Assembly (NCBI GenBank): GCA_965243615.1
Contig: CBDEVO010000003.1
Location: 2,690,701 to 2,754,700 of the forward strand
Source: Vicinamibacterales bacterium
GTDB taxonomy: Bacteria > Acidobacteriota > Vicinamibacteria > Vicinamibacterales > UBA8438
Direction: 5' to 3'
Length of the DNA stretch: 64,000 nt
Below are positions 45,970 through 55,049 of the stretch, piece by piece (the stretch's first letter is position 1; each line of letters starts with the position of its first letter). The notes beneath the pieces are model-generated. The model was not told the origin of the DNA, did no database searches, and was given only the letters and a program-made list of their open reading frames with translations. Position numbers and translations under genes: made by a program.

Positions 45970-46671
45970 CCAAGACCTCACCGCCTCGAACAGGCAGGGC
46001 ATCCCCCCAACGAGTCGGCGGCGAGCTTCTGGCGCGCCGACGGTCTGCTCTCTCGTCATGAGTGGTCTTCGCTCCGCTGTGTCTTGCCGCGCCACCACCA
46101 GGCGACTCGGTGCCGCCGGCAACAGAATCCAAGGAACCATCGCAGGCGTCTCCGGACCGTACCGCACCGCCGCTGGCTCACAGCCCAGCTCAAGCTATCG
46201 CGCCCAAAAATCTGGCGACATGACCGTACCACATCGTAGCGGCGCGGACCGAACCGGTCCCTCGGAGTCCGTCCGTGCCAGCCCCGCGGATGAAGGCGAA
46301 GCGCGAGCACCGGGTTCCACTCTGCCCGTGTCGACGCGCCCAACGTCGACGCCGCCGCGAGGCTCGCACTGTTCTTGTCACATCGACAGCCGGCCGTCCC
46401 CGCCTCCGGCCGGGACCTCCTTCGAGCCCGTCGTGATCACGCCGCCGCCCTGCGACCCGAGCGTGCCTCACCACGACCTCGACGACGAGGCCCAGATGCT
46501 GCCGGACTAGTACTTAGTAGACCAAGCCCGCCTCGGCGGGCGGGATCGTACACCGCAGGACACTTCCGCCAGCCGCGCCCGTACCAGCCGCGCCAGCCCA
46601 AGATATCGGGAGCCCGGATCGGGGTACAATGTGCGCAAAGCGCGACCGGTTCACGCATCGCCAAGGAGGGA

Positions 46672-47004
46672 ATGTTGGCAAGAGTCAAGAAGCTCACCGT
46701 GGCCATGACGAAGACGCAGCTGTTTTCGGATATCGCGGAGAACACGGCGTTGACGAGGCGGCAGGTCGCGGATGTCTTCGAGGCGCTGGAATCGGTCATC
46801 GAGCGCCATGTCCGGAAAGGGGCCGTCGGCGTTTGCACGATACCCGGCCTGATGAAGATCAGGGTCGTGAAGAAGCCCGCGCAAAGGGCCCGGAAGAACG
46901 TGCCGAATCCGTTCCGGCCAGGTGAGACGATGGACGTGAAGGCCAAGCCGGCAAGCAACTCCGTGAAGGTCCAGCCGCTCAAGAAGCTGAAAGATATGGC
47001 GTAG
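46672..47004 (+). CDS. HU/IHF-family DNA-binding protein
   Basis: AAGGAGG Shine-Dalgarno. MTKTQLFSDIAENTALTRRQVADVFEALESVIERHVRKG..IPGLMKIRVVKKPAQRARKNVPNPFRPGETMDVKAKP. Confidence 0.85.
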   Translation: MLARVKKLTVAMTKTQLFSDIAENTALTRRQVADVFEALESVIERHVRKGAVGVCTIPGLMKIRVVKKPAQRARKNVPNPFRPGETMDVKAKPASNSVKVQPLKKLKDMA

Positions 47005-47370
47005 GTGTCGGCGGTACGGCTCGGCGTCCCGCTGGCGCTGCGTACTCCGGTTCGACGCGCGCGTGACCGAGGTCAAGGCGCCTACGGCCTGACCGTCGAC
47101 CGCCGGGTGCGGGACGCCCCGGCCCGCACCTTGGCGGGGTGCGAAGACACCGAGATCGACATCATCGCGCCGGGCGCCGCCGCCGAGATCGCGTCGCCGT
47201 CGTCGCCCGCGGCCATCGGTACCGACGCGCTCGCGCTGCACGACGACAACGGGAACGGCCGCACCAGCTGCGCCGAAGCGCGCCGCCACGGCATCGCGCC
47301 GGTGCCCCGAAACCACCCCGCGTACCGGTACATGCGGAACTGAGACGGCGACGGTGTTGTCTGCGAATGA
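47005..47370 (+). pseudogene. Excalibur calcium-binding-domain protein interrupted by an in-frame TGA (47341-47343)
   Basis: ..SCAEARRHGIAPVPRNHPAYRYMRN * DGDGVVCE*. The stop falls where the Excalibur consensus (..Y...DRDGDGxACE) has Arg, consistent with CGA to TGA. Confidence 0.5.
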
Positions 47371-47487
47371 AGCCCGCCGGTCCCGGAACGGGAACCGAAC
47401 CCCGCGGCCGAAGCGGCCGAATCCCGGAGAGGACGCCATGACCGACAGGACGACGAAAGCGCTGCTGGCCGCCATCGCCGTGGGACT

Positions 47488-48072
47488 ATGGGCGAACATC
47501 GCGGGAGACTGGCTGAAGCCGGAACCGGTTCACGCCCAGGACACGAGGACGCTCCGACCATCGGGCAATCGCTGCGGTCCGCGCACGTGCAAACGAGCGA
47601 CGGGCCGGCGGCCACGATGGCCGCGGTCAACGCCGCCATCGTCCGCCGGGGGATACAGGGGCGCTTCGTCACGCTCTTCCACGGCGTGCTCTTCCCCGAT
47701 GGCAGGGTCACGTACTGCAATGCCGGTCACAACCCTCCCATCCTCGCGAGCAGCTCCGGCGTCCGCCGGCTCGAGACCGGCGGCATGGTGCTCGGCTTCT
47801 TCGAGGACGCGCCGTACGCGGAGGGTTCCGTGACGCTCCTGCCGGACGACTACCTGGTGCTGTTCAGCGACGGGATCTCGGAGGCGATGAACGACGAGGA
47901 AGAAGAGTTCGGCGACGACGGGCTCGTCGGCTGCCTCGCCGGGGTCGCGGACGCCGAGGCCGACTCCCGCCTGCGCCACATCTTCGCCAGCGTGAAGCGG
48001 TTCACCGCCTCCGCCCCGCAGCACGATGACGTGACGGCCATGGTCGTGGCGTATCGCTCGTCCGCGGCATGA
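47488..48072 (+). pseudogene. PP2C/SpoIIE-family phosphatase, C-terminal fragment only
   Basis: ..RFVTLFHGVLFPDGRVTYCNAGHNPPIL..GGMVLGFFEDAPYAEGSVTLLPDDYLVLFSDGISEA..APQHDDVTAMVVAY. The N-terminal metal-binding part is absent, and a different short ORF frame lies upstream. Confidence 0.65.
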
Positions 48073-48423
48073 CGACGTGCGGCTCCCTCCGCCTCGGCGG
48101 CGATCGCCATCCCATGACCGTGGCGTACCGCTCGCTCGCGGCACCACGACCGATGCCGCCACATGACCCGAACCTCGGTGACAGGCGTCGCCGGACGTCC
48201 GTTGGGTGACGGCGACCCCGACCCAGCGCAGCCCGAGGCCACGCGCGCATCTGCGTGCTTTCGACCCGTTGCTCTAGTCCGCTCCACGCGGCGGCACTTT
48301 TGCTTACCGAGAGGAGCAGTGCCACAATACACGGTGACCGAGGGGACGATGCAGAAGGCAACCACCGGAATGACCGGACCGTCGAATCTGTTGCACGGGC
48401 CGGCTGACTGACGGAGGAAGATC

Positions 48424-51096
48424 ATGCCCTTCGAGCAATGGCTCTACGCGTGGCGGGTCCGGCTGCGAATCCTGCTCGACCGCGACGCCGTCGACCGCGA
48501 GCTGGACGACGAGTTGCACCACCACGTCGCGCTCGAGACCGAGTCGCGGCGTGCGCAGGGAATCCTCCCGGCCGAGGCGCGCCGGCAGGCGCTCGCGACC
48601 CTGGGGGGGCTCGAGTCAACCCGCAACCACGTTCGCGAGGCGAGGTTCGGGGCCGCGCTCGAGCACGTGCTGCAGGACGTCCGCTACGTCCTGCGGGTCC
48701 TGCGCAGGAATCCGGGCTTCACCGCCACGACCGTCCTGACCCTGACCCTCGCGATCAGCGCGACCACCGCCACCTTCTCGGTGGTCGACGCGGTGCTGCT
48801 GCAGCAGCCGCCCTTCCCCGACGCGGACCGTCTCGTCACGCTGTGGGAGACGGACCCCGAGAACGGCAACCGGCCGACCGAGCCGGCCCCCGCGAACTTC
48901 CTGGACTGGCGCGACCAAGCGACCAACTTCGAGCACATCGCAGCCCTCGAACCGTGGTCGGTCGACCTCACGGGCACCGACACCCCCGAGGAGCTCTACG
49001 GGTGGCGGGCCACGGAGGGCTTCTTCGAGACGCTGGGCGCCGGCGCCGCCCTCGGCCGGACGTTTCTGCCCGACGAGCATCGCCCAGGCAGCGGCGTCGT
49101 CGTCCTGACGAACGCGCTGTGGCAGCGGCGCTTCGCCGGCGACCCCGGCATCGTCGGCCGCCCGCTGGTGCTGAACGGCGAGCCGCACGCGGTGGTGGGG
49201 GTGCTCGCCCCGAGCTTCGAGCTCCGCCTGGAGGGCCGTCGAAGCGACCGCGATTTCTTCCTGCCCAAGGCCATCGCTGAGCATGAGACATCCAGGCGTA
49301 GCGGGGGCTGGTGGCAGGTGATCGGGCGGACCCGCCCGGACGTGTCGCTCGCGGAGGCGCAAGCCGAGATGGACGCGGTCGCGGGGCGGCTCTCCGCCGA
49401 CCATCCGCGCACCAACACCGGCGTCGGGGCGCGCGTCATCCGTCTGCAGACGCGTCAGGTCGAGGCGGTGCGGCCGGTGCTGCTTCTGCTGTGGGGCGCG
49501 GTCGTCTTCGTCCTGCTCATCGCCTGCGTCAACGTCGCGAACCTCATGCTGGCGCGCTATGCCCGGCGCCAGCAGGAGTTCGCGGTCCGCGCCGCGGTGG
49601 GGGGCGGCCCCGCGCGCCTGCTCCGCCAGCTCCTGACCGAGAGCGTCGTCATCGCGGCCCTCGGCGGCATCGGCGGGCTCGTGGCGACGGCCTACGCCCT
49701 CGACCTGCTGGTGGCGCTCATGCCTGCCGACGTGCCCCGCCTCGCCCGGATCGCGGTGAACGGACGCGTCCTGGGGTTCACCGCCGGCCTCGTCGTCCTC
49801 ACCGCCCTCGCCTTCGGCTGCGCGCCCGCGGTCCGGATACTCCGGCAGGACGCGAACGGCCCCCTCACCCGGGGGCAGCGCGCGGGCGACACCCCCGCTC
49901 AGCAGCGGCTGCGACGCATGCTGGTGGCGGCCGAGGTCGCCCTCGCCCTGGTGCTGCTGGTCGGGGCGGGCCTGCTCCTGCAGAGCTTCGTGCGGCTGGT
50001 CAACGTCGACCTCGGCTTCACCCCGCGGAACACCGCGGTGCTGCAGGTGTTCCACTACGGCGACGGCGGCGCCGAGGCCACCCCCAACTTCTTCCGCGAG
50101 ACCGTCGCCGGCATTCGCGCCCTCCCCGGCGTCGCCGCCGCCGGCGCCGTCTCGGCGTTCCCCCTCGCGCTCGCCGACATGAGCGCCGAGAGCCCCCTGA
50201 CGCTGCTCGACCGGCCGCCGCCCCCGCCCGGCGAGGAGCCGTCGACGACCGTCTCGATGGTGACTCCGGGCTACTTCGACGCGATGCGGGTTCCGCTCCG
50301 GGCCGGGCGGTGGTTCGACGAGCGCGACGACGCCGAAGCGCCGGCCGTCGCCATCGTCAACGAGACGCTGGCGCGACAGCACTGGCCTGACGGGAACCCC
50401 ATCACGCGGCGGGTGACCGTGCAGCTCCAGGGGGGGCAGGCGTTCGAGGGGGACTTCGAGGTGGAGATCGTCGGCGTCGTCGGGGCGGTGCGCCCGCGAG
50501 GCTTCGACAGCCCCCCGCGCCCGGAGGTGTTCATTCCCCACGCGCAGGCGCCGAACGGCGCGATGACCTACGCCGTGCGGATCAACGGCGATCCCGCGGC
50601 CGGCATCCCGGCCATCCAGAGCGTGGTGTGGGACGCCGCGCCGCACCTCGCCTTCTACAGCGTCGCGACGGTCGAGCAGCTCCTGTCGGACACCCTCGCG
50701 GTGCGGCGGTTCACGACCGTGCTCCTTGCGCTGTTCGGTGCGGCGGCCCTCGCCCTCGCCGGCCTCGGCATCTACGGGGTCATCGCGGTGGCCACGGCCC
50801 AGCGGACCCGCGAGATCGGCCTGCGCCTCGCCATGGGGGCAGTGCCGCGCAATGTCGTGTGGATGGTCGTCCGCGGCGCCGTCGGTCTCGCCGGGGCCGG
50901 GGTCGCGGTCGGCCTGCTCGCATCGCTGCTGTTCTCGCAGATCCTCACCGGCCTGCTCTTCGACGTCGCCCCGTTCGACGCCCCGACGCTGGCCGCGGTG
51001 TCCCTGGTGCTGCTCGCCGTGGCCGCGGCCGCCGCCTGGTCCCCGGCGAGGCGCGCGAGCCGGGTGGACCCGCTCGTCGCGTTGCGCACGGAGTAG
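48424..51096 (+). CDS. ADOP-family duplicated FtsX/MacB-like ABC permease (copy 2)
   Basis: MPFEQWLYAWRVRLRILLDRDAVDRELDDELHHHVALE.., DVRYVLRVLRRNPGFTATTVLTLTLAISATTATFS. 890 aa. Confidence 0.9.
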   Translation: MPFEQWLYAWRVRLRILLDRDAVDRELDDELHHHVALETESRRAQGILPAEARRQALATLGGLESTRNHVREARFGAALEHVLQDVRYVLRVLRRNPGFTATTVLTLTLAISATTATFSVVDAVLLQQPPFPDADRLVTLWETDPENGNRPTEPAPANFLDWRDQATNFEHIAALEPWSVDLTGTDTPEELYGWRATEGFFETLGAGAALGRTFLPDEHRPGSGVVVLTNALWQRRFAGDPGIVGRPLVLNGEPHAVVGVLAPSFELRLEGRRSDRDFFLPKAIAEHETSRRSGGWWQVIGRTRPDVSLAEAQAEMDAVAGRLSADHPRTNTGVGARVIRLQTRQVEAVRPVLLLLWGAVVFVLLIACVNVANLMLARYARRQQEFAVRAAVGGGPARLLRQLLTESVVIAALGGIGGLVATAYALDLLVALMPADVPRLARIAVNGRVLGFTAGLVVLTALAFGCAPAVRILRQDANGPLTRGQRAGDTPAQQRLRRMLVAAEVALALVLLVGAGLLLQSFVRLVNVDLGFTPRNTAVLQVFHYGDGGAEATPNFFRETVAGIRALPGVAAAGAVSAFPLALADMSAESPLTLLDRPPPPPGEEPSTTVSMVTPGYFDAMRVPLRAGRWFDERDDAEAPAVAIVNETLARQHWPDGNPITRRVTVQLQGGQAFEGDFEVEIVGVVGAVRPRGFDSPPRPEVFIPHAQAPNGAMTYAVRINGDPAAGIPAIQSVVWDAAPHLAFYSVATVEQLLSDTLAVRRFTTVLLALFGAAALALAGLGIYGVIAVATAQRTREIGLRLAMGAVPRNVVWMVVRGAVGLAGAGVAVGLLASLLFSQILTGLLFDVAPFDAPTLAAVSLVLLAVAAAAAWSPARRASRVDPLVALRTE

Positions 51097-51460
51097 GAGT
51101 CACCGCTGGCGGCCGCGTGCTGGTGCCCTAGCGCCGCGTCAGCGGCCCTCCCTCCCGCCTCGCCCCGTCGAGCGCCGCGGAGCGGGCAAGCCGTTCGAGC
51201 ACGACGCCACGCATCCCCAGGGGCCCGGACGTCCCGCCGAGCCAGCCCGGAAGTCCGCCCCGGACGCGCAAGTGGCCGCCCGACGATTCCGGCGGGCGCA
51301 GGGGTGGAGCCCGTCGGCGGCGGGTTCGGCGTCGCGCAGCGGCGCGAGCATCCAACTATATCGTCGCCGTTCCCGGGAGTGCGCGAGTTGGCTCGTTGCC
51401 AGCCCATGAGCCGATCGAAAGTTTTTTTTACTTTTTTTCGGGAGTAGAACGCCGGCTCAG

Positions 51461-51488
51461 CACGTCAGAACACGTCAGAAAACGTCAC
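51461..51488 (+). promoter_or_regulatory. Tandem CACGTCAGAA x2 plus AACGTCAC upstream of the AlpA-like gene (candidate protein-binding repeats)
   Basis: cacgtcagaa cacgtcagaa aacgtcac, flanked by the T-rich tract at 51422-51438 and the AT-rich stretch at 51540-51580. Confidence 0.45.
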
Positions 51489-51665
51489 GCGTGTTCGTGC
51501 CCCCGTCCCAGACCGTGCTACTGGTTCCCAGGGTGTCATGTAATAATAAACTATTGCTAAACAACAACTTACGTCGTTCTTGTGCTAGGCTCGACCGTCA
51601 TGGTCCACGGCGAACCAACCACGTCGGTTCCGCCCGTCGGCGGGCCGCAACCACAGGAGGAAGAC

Positions 51666-51866
51666 ATGACGACGAGACTGCTCACGCTCCGCGACGTGAC
51701 GGCGATGACCGCACTGTCGCGCTCGGCCATCTACGCGCTGATGGCCGAGTCCCGGTTCCCGAAGCCGATCCGGGTCGGCGCCCGCGCGGTCCGCTGGGTC
51801 GAGCAGGAAGTGGCCGACTTCATCGCCAGCCGGCCCCGCGCCGGCTCCGAGCACCCGGCCGCGTAG
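51666..51866 (+). CDS. AlpA-family transcriptional regulator / excisionase-like protein
   Basis: GGAGGA Shine-Dalgarno. MTTRLLTLRDVTAMTALSRSAIYALMAESRFPKPIRVGARAVRWVEQEVADFI. Confidence 0.85.
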   Translation: MTTRLLTLRDVTAMTALSRSAIYALMAESRFPKPIRVGARAVRWVEQEVADFIASRPRAGSEHPAA

Positions 51867-52058
51867 CCGAGACGACCTGCCCGACCGTCTGCAAAGGTCA
51901 GGCGGTCGGGCTTGGGCTGGGTGACACGGTCTTCCATCGTCCAGACCCAATGGCGCAAAGGCCGCCGACCTGATCGACCTCGATATCGAAACCGTTCCCA
52001 CCGCCGCCTTGCAGCTCGGCGAGAGACGCACACCGTGACGGGCTTCGGGGCGGACGGT

Positions 52059-52841
52059 ATGCTACCATCCGCGGCCGTGGCGCAGATCACGATACGGCAA
52101 GGGACTCCCTCGGAGGATGCCAACGTCCTCCGGGTCGAATCCTGGCAGACGACGTCTTTGGCCGCCGCGCTCGTTCTGGTCATCGTCGTTGCCGTCATGG
52201 TCCTGCGGAGGTGGGTCCGCGGCGGCCCGGAGCAATCTGCCAGCGCGCCTCGCCCTGCTGGCGGGGTGCTCCGGCTGATCGACAGTCCCGTCCGGGTGAT
52301 GAGCTGGTGGGGGGCTGGCCCCCAGCGCATCGACTGGGCGATCCTCCCGGTGCTCGTCCACGCCGTCGCTTCGGCTCGGGTCTCTCTGGGCTTGGCGCTG
52401 CCTCCTGATGCGCCGATGGCCGCCGCGCTCTTCAGCCCCTTGATCCTCGCCGGTGCGTCTGCCGCTGCCGTGGCGGCCTTCGGTGCGCACGCCGTCGTCG
52501 TCGTGGTGCTCGATCTCCTCGCGGCTCCCTCGGGCCGGGCTCGGCGGTTGGTCGAGCTGTCAGCACTCGCGTACTGGTCGCAGGTTGCGTGGTCTGTCCC
52601 GGCCGCGTTGCTGGTGACGGGTGCCGGCGCGGTCGGCGACGATCTACGCGTGGTTCTCGACGCCACGCGGCAGCTGTGGGGCGTGTGGCTGATCGGCCTC
52701 CACGCCGCAGTCCTCTACGTCGTCACCGGCTTGTCGGTCGCCGGCGCCGTGGCGGCGGCGCTGATCATGCTCGCGGTCTTCTACGGGCTCCCGCCCCTCG
52801 TCGGCATGATCGGGTCTCAGCTCCTGACGCCCGTGCCCTGA
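52059..52841 (+). CDS. Hypothetical multi-pass membrane protein (Yip1-like topology)
   Basis: About five hydrophobic segments (LAAALVLVIVVAVMVL, ILPVLVHAVA.., AAVAAFGAHAVVVVVL, WLIGLHAAVLYVV, AVAAALIMLAVFYGL). Start uncertain. Confidence 0.55.
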   Translation: MLPSAAVAQITIRQGTPSEDANVLRVESWQTTSLAAALVLVIVVAVMVLRRWVRGGPEQSASAPRPAGGVLRLIDSPVRVMSWWGAGPQRIDWAILPVLVHAVASARVSLGLALPPDAPMAAALFSPLILAGASAAAVAAFGAHAVVVVVLDLLAAPSGRARRLVELSALAYWSQVAWSVPAALLVTGAGAVGDDLRVVLDATRQLWGVWLIGLHAAVLYVVTGLSVAGAVAAALIMLAVFYGLPPLVGMIGSQLLTPVP

Positions 52842-52864
52842 CGCCGCGGGCCGGCTGTGGCGCC

Positions 52865-54007
52865 TTACTCCTTCTCGACGACGTACTCGGCCCAAGCGTC
52901 CATCAGCATGCGACGCTTCGCGAGGAGGTCGCCGCGACGGTACGCCCGCTCGACCGCGGAGCCCACCGCATGGGCCAGCGCCGTTTCGACGACGGCGAAG
53001 TCGTGGGCCGTCTCCTCCGATGCCCAATCGCGGAACGAGGAGCGGAAGCCGTGGATCGTGCCGGCGATGCCCTGCACCGTCCGGGTCAGCCCCATCTGCG
53101 ACAGGGCGCGGCCGGTGCGCTCGGAGGCGAACACGAACCCCCGCTTGTGCAACCCGCTTCGCTCGTCGAGGATCGCCAAAGCCGGGTCGCTCAGCGGCAC
53201 GACGTGCGCCCGCTTGCTCTTCATGCGTTCGGCGGGTAGCGTCCAGGTCCTGCCGCCCAAGTCGATCTCGTCCCACAGCGCCCCCCGAGCCTCAGCCGAC
53301 CGGGTGGCGGTCAGGACCAGAAAGGCGGCGCAGGCACGAGCGGAATCCGCGGCGTGACTGCCGAGAATGTTGCGGTACGCACTCGGAACATCGCGGTAAG
53401 GGACCGCTTCGTGGTGCCGCCTGACGCGCTCCTGGACCGGGAGAGCCGCCTTGATGCCGCCGTTGGCGGCGACGTTCTCGGAGACGTGGCCATGGGCGAG
53501 GCACCAGTCGAAGATGGCGCGTACTCGCTGGAGCGCCTTCCGGCTCTCGGCCGGCTTTGAGGTCCAGACGGGCTTGAGCACGCCGATGATATCCTGGCGG
53601 CTGATGGCGTTCACGCGATGCTGGCCGAGCACCCTGAGGACGTTGCAGCCCCGAAGCGGCTGCATGAACGCTCGGGCGCTGCTCTCGGACCACCGCCCGC
53701 GATTGGCCGCCAACGTCGCCTCGGCGGCGTCGCGGAACAGCGGCTTGACGTTGTGGGGAGCGGTGAAGGGATCACGGCCGTCGAGCCGGGCCGCCCGGCG
53801 GTTGGCCGACGCGATGGCCCGCGCCTCGGCGAGCGTCCGCAGGGGCCATCCCCCGAGGCCGCGGTCGACGCGCTTGCCGTTGACGGTGAGCCGCTGCACG
53901 AACGCCCGCGAGCCGGACGGCTGCACGACGACGAACAGGGTCTTGCAGTCCGAGTCCCCGTGGCGGCCTGCCTGCAACGTCCCGATCCGCCTCTGGGTCA
54001 GCTTCAT
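52865..54007 (-). CDS. int: Tyrosine site-specific integrase (P4-type, DUF4102 N-terminal domain)
   Basis: MKLTQRRIGTLQAG..TLFVVVQPSGSRAFVQRLTVNGKRVDRGLG. Catalytic residues: TATRSAEARGALW (R), HGFRSSFRDW (HxxR), ERAYRRGD (Y). Confidence 0.95.
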   Translation of the reverse strand: MKLTQRRIGTLQAGRHGDSDCKTLFVVVQPSGSRAFVQRLTVNGKRVDRGLGGWPLRTLAEARAIASANRRAARLDGRDPFTAPHNVKPLFRDAAEATLAANRGRWSESSARAFMQPLRGCNVLRVLGQHRVNAISRQDIIGVLKPVWTSKPAESRKALQRVRAIFDWCLAHGHVSENVAANGGIKAALPVQERVRRHHEAVPYRDVPSAYRNILGSHAADSARACAAFLVLTATRSAEARGALWDEIDLGGRTWTLPAERMKSKRAHVVPLSDPALAILDERSGLHKRGFVFASERTGRALSQMGLTRTVQGIAGTIHGFRSSFRDWASEETAHDFAVVETALAHAVGSAVERAYRRGDLLAKRRMLMDAWAEYVVEKE

Positions 54008-54192
54008 CGCACCCTCCCACGCCCAGTGTCATCCACGAACTATACCACGTTTTGATCACGGTTTCAGCGCGATTCCTGTGGACGCGCACGGATTGATCGG
54101 GACGCGGATATCGCCACAAGTAACAGAAAATGCTTGCTTTAGGTGGATAACATGGGAGTATCTCGGACCTCCAGCGACACTACACGTGTAGT

Positions 54193-54205
54193 TCGCCTGG
54201 TACTA
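54193..54205. repeat. 13-bp direct repeat TCGCCTGGTACTA, right copy (putative attR core)
   Basis: Identical to 934-946, ~190 bp from the integrase start. Confidence 0.75.
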
Positions 54206-55049
54206 CCAGCACCTGAACGACCACTGGGACCTCGACCATCCCTTCGAGCGGCTCCTCGTCGACACCGTGGTCCGCCCCGATCCGGCCGCGGTGAGCTGGA
54301 TAAACCCGAGCCTGCAGCCCGGGCGCGAGCGCCGGGTCATGACCGGCATCCCCGGCAAGACCGGCATCGTCTACACCCTCGACCGGGCGACCGGCGAGTT
54401 CCTGTGGGCCACCCCCACCGTGGCCCAGAACGTGGTGAGCCGCATCGACGGCGCGACCGGCGCGGTGACCGAGAACCCCGAGGCGGTCTTCCGCGGCTTC
54501 GGCCAGGAGGTCTTCACCTGCCCCACCGCGATGGGGGGCAAGGACTGGGAGGCGGGCGCCTACAGCCCGCGGACCAACCACATGTACATGCCGCTGCGCA
54601 ACGCCTGCGCGCGCATGGCCCCGCTCGACGACGGGGGCCGGTCGCTCTACAGCCTCAGCATGCGCAACGAGCTGGCCCCCGGGACGGACCAGCTCGGCGC
54701 GGTCTGGGCCATCTCTGCCGAAACCGGTGCCGTGGCGTGGACCCACGAGCAGCGGTCCGCCACCATGTCGCTGGCCGCGACGGCCGGCGGCCTCGTCTTC
54801 GTGGGCGACGTCAACGGCCGGTTCAAGGCCCTCGACGACGAGACCGGCGAGGTGCTGTGGGAGATCAACCTCGGGTCGCCGGTGAGCGGCTTCCCCGTGA
54901 CCTACGCGGTCGACGGCCGCCAGTACGTGGTCGCCGGCACCGGCACCGGCGGCAACGCCTCGCGCTGGAGCGCGATGACCCCGGAGCTGCGGCCCAGCAG
55001 CGGCAACAACATCTTCGTGTTCGGTCTGCCCGAGGAGGTCGCGCGGTAG
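54198..55049 (+). pseudogene. PQQ-dependent dehydrogenase, C-terminal fragment (resumes WYYQHLNDHWDLDHPF...)
   Basis: Frame opens after TAG 54189. ..GKTGIVYTLDRATGEFLW.., CPTAMGGKDWEAGAYSP, GRFKALDDETGEVLWEINLGSPVSGFPVTYAVDGRQYV. Confidence 0.85.

Larger units (their letters stand above)
947..54192. mobile_element. ~53.2-kb integrative mobilizable element (IME-like genomic island), composite
   Basis: Bounded by 13-bp direct repeats inside a split gene. Integrase and AlpA-like gene sit at the right end. A repressor/MobC-like/oriT/relaxase module lies at 13.1-19.7 kb. Nested IS1634, group II intron and Tn3/IS21/integrase remnants are present. No T4SS or coupling-protein genes were seen. Confidence 0.75.

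Noticed and set aside
47341-47343. Selenocysteine or programmed read-through at the in-frame TGA of the Excalibur gene
   Set aside because: The consensus residue at this position is Arg, not Cys, and only 24 nt remain before the next stop. No SECIS-like hairpin was evident. A nonsense mutation or base-call error is simpler.
947-54192. Self-transmissible ICE
   Set aside because: No VirB4/TraC, VirD4/TraG coupling protein, pilus or other T4SS genes were recognised in any frame. The content fits a mobilizable element (IME) that needs a helper.
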